Shown: one piece after another, positions 61,283-64,000 of the stretch
Numbering within the stretch: the stretch's first letter is position 1
Layout: each line of letters opens with the position of its first letter
Assembly: GCA_016213935.1 (NCBI GenBank)
Contig: JACQZG010000006.1
Location: 60,622 to 124,621 of the forward strand
DNA: 64,000 nt
Source of the DNA: Nitrospirota bacterium
Lineage (GTDB): Bacteria > Nitrospirota > Thermodesulfovibrionia > UBA6902
Direction of reading: 5' to 3'
Program-made: the position numbers and the translations under genes
The notes under the pieces: model-generated
Seen by the model: the letters and a program-made list of their open reading frames with translations, nothing else
Told to the model about the DNA's origin: nothing
Database searches by the model: none

Positions 61283-63796
61283 ATGCTCGATAATATTGTC
61301 ATCAGGAAGGCAAGGGTTCACAACCTCAAAAATATAGACCTTCGCATCCCCCGCGGCAAATTCACCGTCATAACCGGCCCCTCAGGTTCTGGAAAGTCGT
61401 CGCTTGCCTTTGATACTATCTACGCCGAAGGGCAGAGGCGCTTTGTCGAGAGCCTTTCGGCATATGCAAGGCAGTTCCTTGAACAACTGCAGAAGCCTGA
61501 CGTTGATTCTATCGAGGGGCTCTCTCCCTCGATTGCTGTGGAACAGAAGCTCCAGGCAGGGAATCACCGTTCTACCGTCGCTACGATAACGAAAATATAC
61601 GATTACCTGAAGGTTGTGTATTCGAGGATAGGAAGGCTGAACTGCCATAAATGCGGAAGCCCGATAACAACGCAGGGCCTCTCGAGGATAGTCGAATCAG
61701 TTGCATCCCTGCCTGAGGGGACCCGCATCCAGATACTCTCTCCTGTTGTGATGGGGCGCAAGGGCGAGCACAGGAAGGAGCTGCTCGAGGCGAGAAGGAG
61801 GGGGTTTATCAGGGCAAGGATAGACGGCGAGATGGCTGATATCACAAAAGACCTGAAGCTCGGCAAACATAAAAGGCACAACATAGACATCGTTATCGAC
61901 AGGCTTATAATAAAGCCCGGCATAGACAGGTATCTCTCAAAGGCGATAGCCGATGCCGTGGATATGAATGATGTTGTAATAATTAATGATACAGACAATG
62001 GCAAAGACATCTTTTACAGCACTAAGCTCGCCTGCCCCAAATGCGGGATAAACTATCCTGAGATCAGCCCGCGCTTCTTTTCTTTTAACAGCCCGTTCGG
62101 CGCGTGCCCCGCGTGCAAAGGGCTCGGCCACACAGGCGTTGACGAGGAGGGGCATGACGCCGGGAGGCCGGCTGTTTGCCCCGAATGCGGAGGGATGAGG
62201 CTGAGGCCCGAAGCGCTCAGCGTTACGGTCAGCGGCCTTCATATAGGCGAATTCCTTTCAGTCTCCATAAATGACGCAACACGCCTAATCAACGGATTAA
62301 AACTTAATGCGGCGGAAGAGGCAATCGCTTCAAAAGTGCTCAAGGAGATAAAAGAGAGGCTCTGTTTTTTAGAGGATGCCGGCCTCGGGTACATATCTCT
62401 TGACAGGCCTGCCCCAACCCTTTCAGGAGGGGAGATACAGAGGATAAGGCTTGCGGCGCAGATAGGCTCATCTCTTTCAGGAGTCCTTTATATATTTGAT
62501 GAACCGAGCATCGGCCTTCACCCGCGCGACTGCGGCAGGCTCATCCAAAGCATGATGAAGTTAAGGGATATGGGCAATACCGTGATAGTGGTTGAGCATG
62601 ACGAGGAGACGATCAGAAAGGCTGATCATATAATTGACATGGGCCCCGGGGCCGGAGTTCACGGGGGGTATGTTGTCGCCGAAGGCAGCATCAGTGATAT
62701 ATCCTTTAACCGCAATTCACTGACCGGGCTTTATCTAAGGGGTGAGAGAGCCATCGGCCTGCCTGATTCGAGGAAACGCGGCAGGGAATCGATTAAGGTG
62801 ATTGGCGCAAAAGAGTTCAACCTTAAGAATATAGATGTCGAATTCCCTCTCGGGCTCTTTACCTGCGTTACGGGTGTTTCCGGCTCAGGCAAGAGCACTT
62901 TGGTGCTTGATATTCTCTATAATTCGCTTGCAGAGAAGCTGTATTCATCAAAGGCTCTTCCCGGCAGGCACGAGCGCATAGAAGGCATTGATAAGATCGA
63001 CAAGGTGATAAATATCGACCAGTCTCCTCTTGGGAGGAGCCCGCGCTCAAACCCTGCCACATATACAGGGATCTTCACGATCGTGAGGAGCCTTTTTTCG
63101 CAGGCAACAGATTCGAAGGTGAGAGGGTATAAACCGAGCAGATTCAGTTTTAATGTCGCAGGCGGGAGATGTGAGGCTTGCGGAGGCGACGGCCTCGTGA
63201 AGGTCACGATGCACTTTTTGCCCGATGTATATGTCCCGTGCGAATCCTGCAAGGGGGCGAGATATAATAAGGAAACGCTCGAGATAAGGTATAAGGGGAA
63301 AAACATCTCCGAGGTTCTCGGCATGACCGTAACCCAGGCGCTTGATTTTTTTGAAGCTATCCCGCAGCTCAGGAGAAAGCTTATGACTCTTGCGAGGGTG
63401 GGGCTCGGCTATATAGAACTCGGACAGTCGGCTACCACCCTTTCCGGCGGTGAGGCGCAGAGAGTGAAACTCTCGAAGGAGCTTAGCAGAAGAGCGACCG
63501 GAAATACATTGTATATTCTCGACGAGCCTACGACAGGCCTCCATTTTGTGGATATAGAGAAGCTTCTCGATGTATTGAGAGAGCTTGTGGAAGCCGGCAA
63601 TACCGTCATAGTGATTGAACATAATCTTGAAGTGATAAAGAATGCCGATTATATAATAGACTTGGGGCCCGAAGGCGGGGACAAGGGAGGAAAGGTGATT
63701 GCTTTGGGAACTCCAGAAGATGTTGCCGGAAATCCGGCGTCTCATACAGGGGCTTTTCTCAGGGAAAAATTATCGGCTAAAGAGGTGAAGGCATGA
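61283..63796 (+). CDS. uvrA: Excinuclease ABC subunit A (837 aa; appears to lack the insertion domain)
   Basis: Two ABC modules (GPSGSGKSS..., GVSGSGKST...), zinc modules (CPKCG...CPACKG; CEACGGDG...CESCKG) and the C-terminal ...[18 protein letters not shown]. Confidence 0.9.
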   Translation: MLDNIVIRKARVHNLKNIDLRIPRGKFTVITGPSGSGKSSLAFDTIYAEGQRRFVESLSAYARQFLEQLQKPDVDSIEGLSPSIAVEQKLQAGNHRSTVATITKIYDYLKVVYSRIGRLNCHKCGSPITTQGLSRIVESVASLPEGTRIQILSPVVMGRKGEHRKELLEARRRGFIRARIDGEMADITKDLKLGKHKRHNIDIVIDRLIIKPGIDRYLSKAIADAVDMNDVVIINDTDNGKDIFYSTKLACPKCGINYPEISPRFFSFNSPFGACPACKGLGHTGVDEEGHDAGRPAVCPECGGMRLRPEALSVTVSGLHIGEFLSVSINDATRLINGLKLNAAEEAIASKVLKEIKERLCFLEDAGLGYISLDRPAPTLSGGEIQRIRLAAQIGSSLSGVLYIFDEPSIGLHPRDCGRLIQSMMKLRDMGNTVIVVEHDEETIRKADHIIDMGPGAGVHGGYVVAEGSISDISFNRNSLTGLYLRGERAIGLPDSRKRGRESIKVIGAKEFNLKNIDVEFPLGLFTCVTGVSGSGKSTLVLDILYNSLAEKLYSSKALPGRHERIEGIDKIDKVINIDQSPLGRSPRSNPATYTGIFTIVRSLFSQATDSKVRGYKPSRFSFNVAGGRCEACGGDGLVKVTMHFLPDVYVPCESCKGARYNKETLEIRYKGKNISEVLGMTVTQALDFFEAIPQLRRKLMTLARVGLGYIELGQSATTLSGGEAQRVKLSKELSRRATGNTLYILDEPTTGLHFVDIEKLLDVLRELVEAGNTVIVIEHNLEVIKNADYIIDLGPEGGDKGGKVIALGTPEDVAGNPASHTGAFLREKLSAKEVKA

Positions 63797-64000
63797 AAAA
63801 GAAAGCAGTCGGCAGTCGGCATTCAGCATTCAGGTTTATTTTATCCGCTATTCTCTATGCTCTATCAGCTATTCTTCTGTTCTCGGGCTGTCAGAAGCAA
63901 GATAGGCTCTTCAAGAAGGAACGGAACCTGATGCACACATTTGTCACTATTACCGTTGTCAGCAACTCCGAAAAAGAAGCCGAAAAGGCTATTGACGCCG
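63793..64000 (+). CDS. Partial ORF (5' end only): lipoprotein, possibly ApbE-like FAD:protein FMN transferase
   Basis: Lipobox LLFSGCQ then ...[10 protein letters not shown] resembling the ApbE N-terminus; truncated by the window end. Confidence 0.4.
   Translation, partial: MKKKAVGSRHSAFRFILSAILYALSAILLFSGCQKQDRLFKKERNLMHTFVTITVVSNSEKEAEKAIDA

Overview
This 64 kb window is mostly core bacterial chromosome (about 50% GC by eye) from an organism with selenocysteine machinery, a B12-dependent class II ribonucleotide reductase and type IV pilus retraction, which is consistent with an anaerobe. All calls are from reading the sequence and the ORF track by eye; no searches or computations were run. 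Core genes, in order: a PAS sensor histidine kinase with a CheY-like response regulator; groES-groEL (minus strand) with a perfect CIRCE operator; a rhomboid protease; tmRNA (ssrA); a deoxyhypusine-synthase-like gene; a vapBC toxin-antitoxin pair; an SOS operon lexA / 82-aa ORF / dinB with a 22-bp palindromic operator at the lexA start; argH; gmhA-glmU-glmS (glmS is broken by an internal deletion and frameshift); uvrD/pcrA, gatC, panD, yqeY-like, a Nif3-family gene; dnaG-rpoD, rpmE, prfA-prmC, murA, hisD; selA, then after an insertion selB and tRNA-Sec (selC); an HD-GYP phosphodiesterase; pilT; nrdJ (interrupted by one in-frame TAG) behind an NrdR box; dCMP deaminase; ahcY-metK (minus); uvrA; and a partial apbE-like gene. 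Three AT-rich, apparently foreign segments stand out. The largest is an island of about 8.2 kb inserted between selA and selB (about 35.95-44.2 kb). It carries two coupled genes of unknown function, an NMT1/THI5-type ABC importer, and a tightly coupled pair made of a DUF4062/TIR-like-domain protein and a small N-terminal-CxxxCxxC radical SAM enzyme; this pair is my best candidate for an undescribed system, possibly antiviral and viperin-like. The island also holds a VanZ-like gene, C-terminal remnants of FeoB and HigA, a vapBC-like pair and an orphan antitoxin-like ORF. A second islet (54.9-56.5 kb) has a coiled-coil 2-TM protein, a DNA methyltransferase N-terminal fragment and a small ORF. 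A third (21.1-21.9 kb) has an Mrr-like restriction endonuclease C-terminal fragment and a small antitoxin-like ORF. Other points: a frameshifted tandem-domain lipoprotein gene beside lexA, an unannotated LptM-like mini-lipoprotein overlapping the argH stop, and a UvrA that appears to lack the insertion domain. No CRISPR array, rRNA or intact transposase or integrase was seen.
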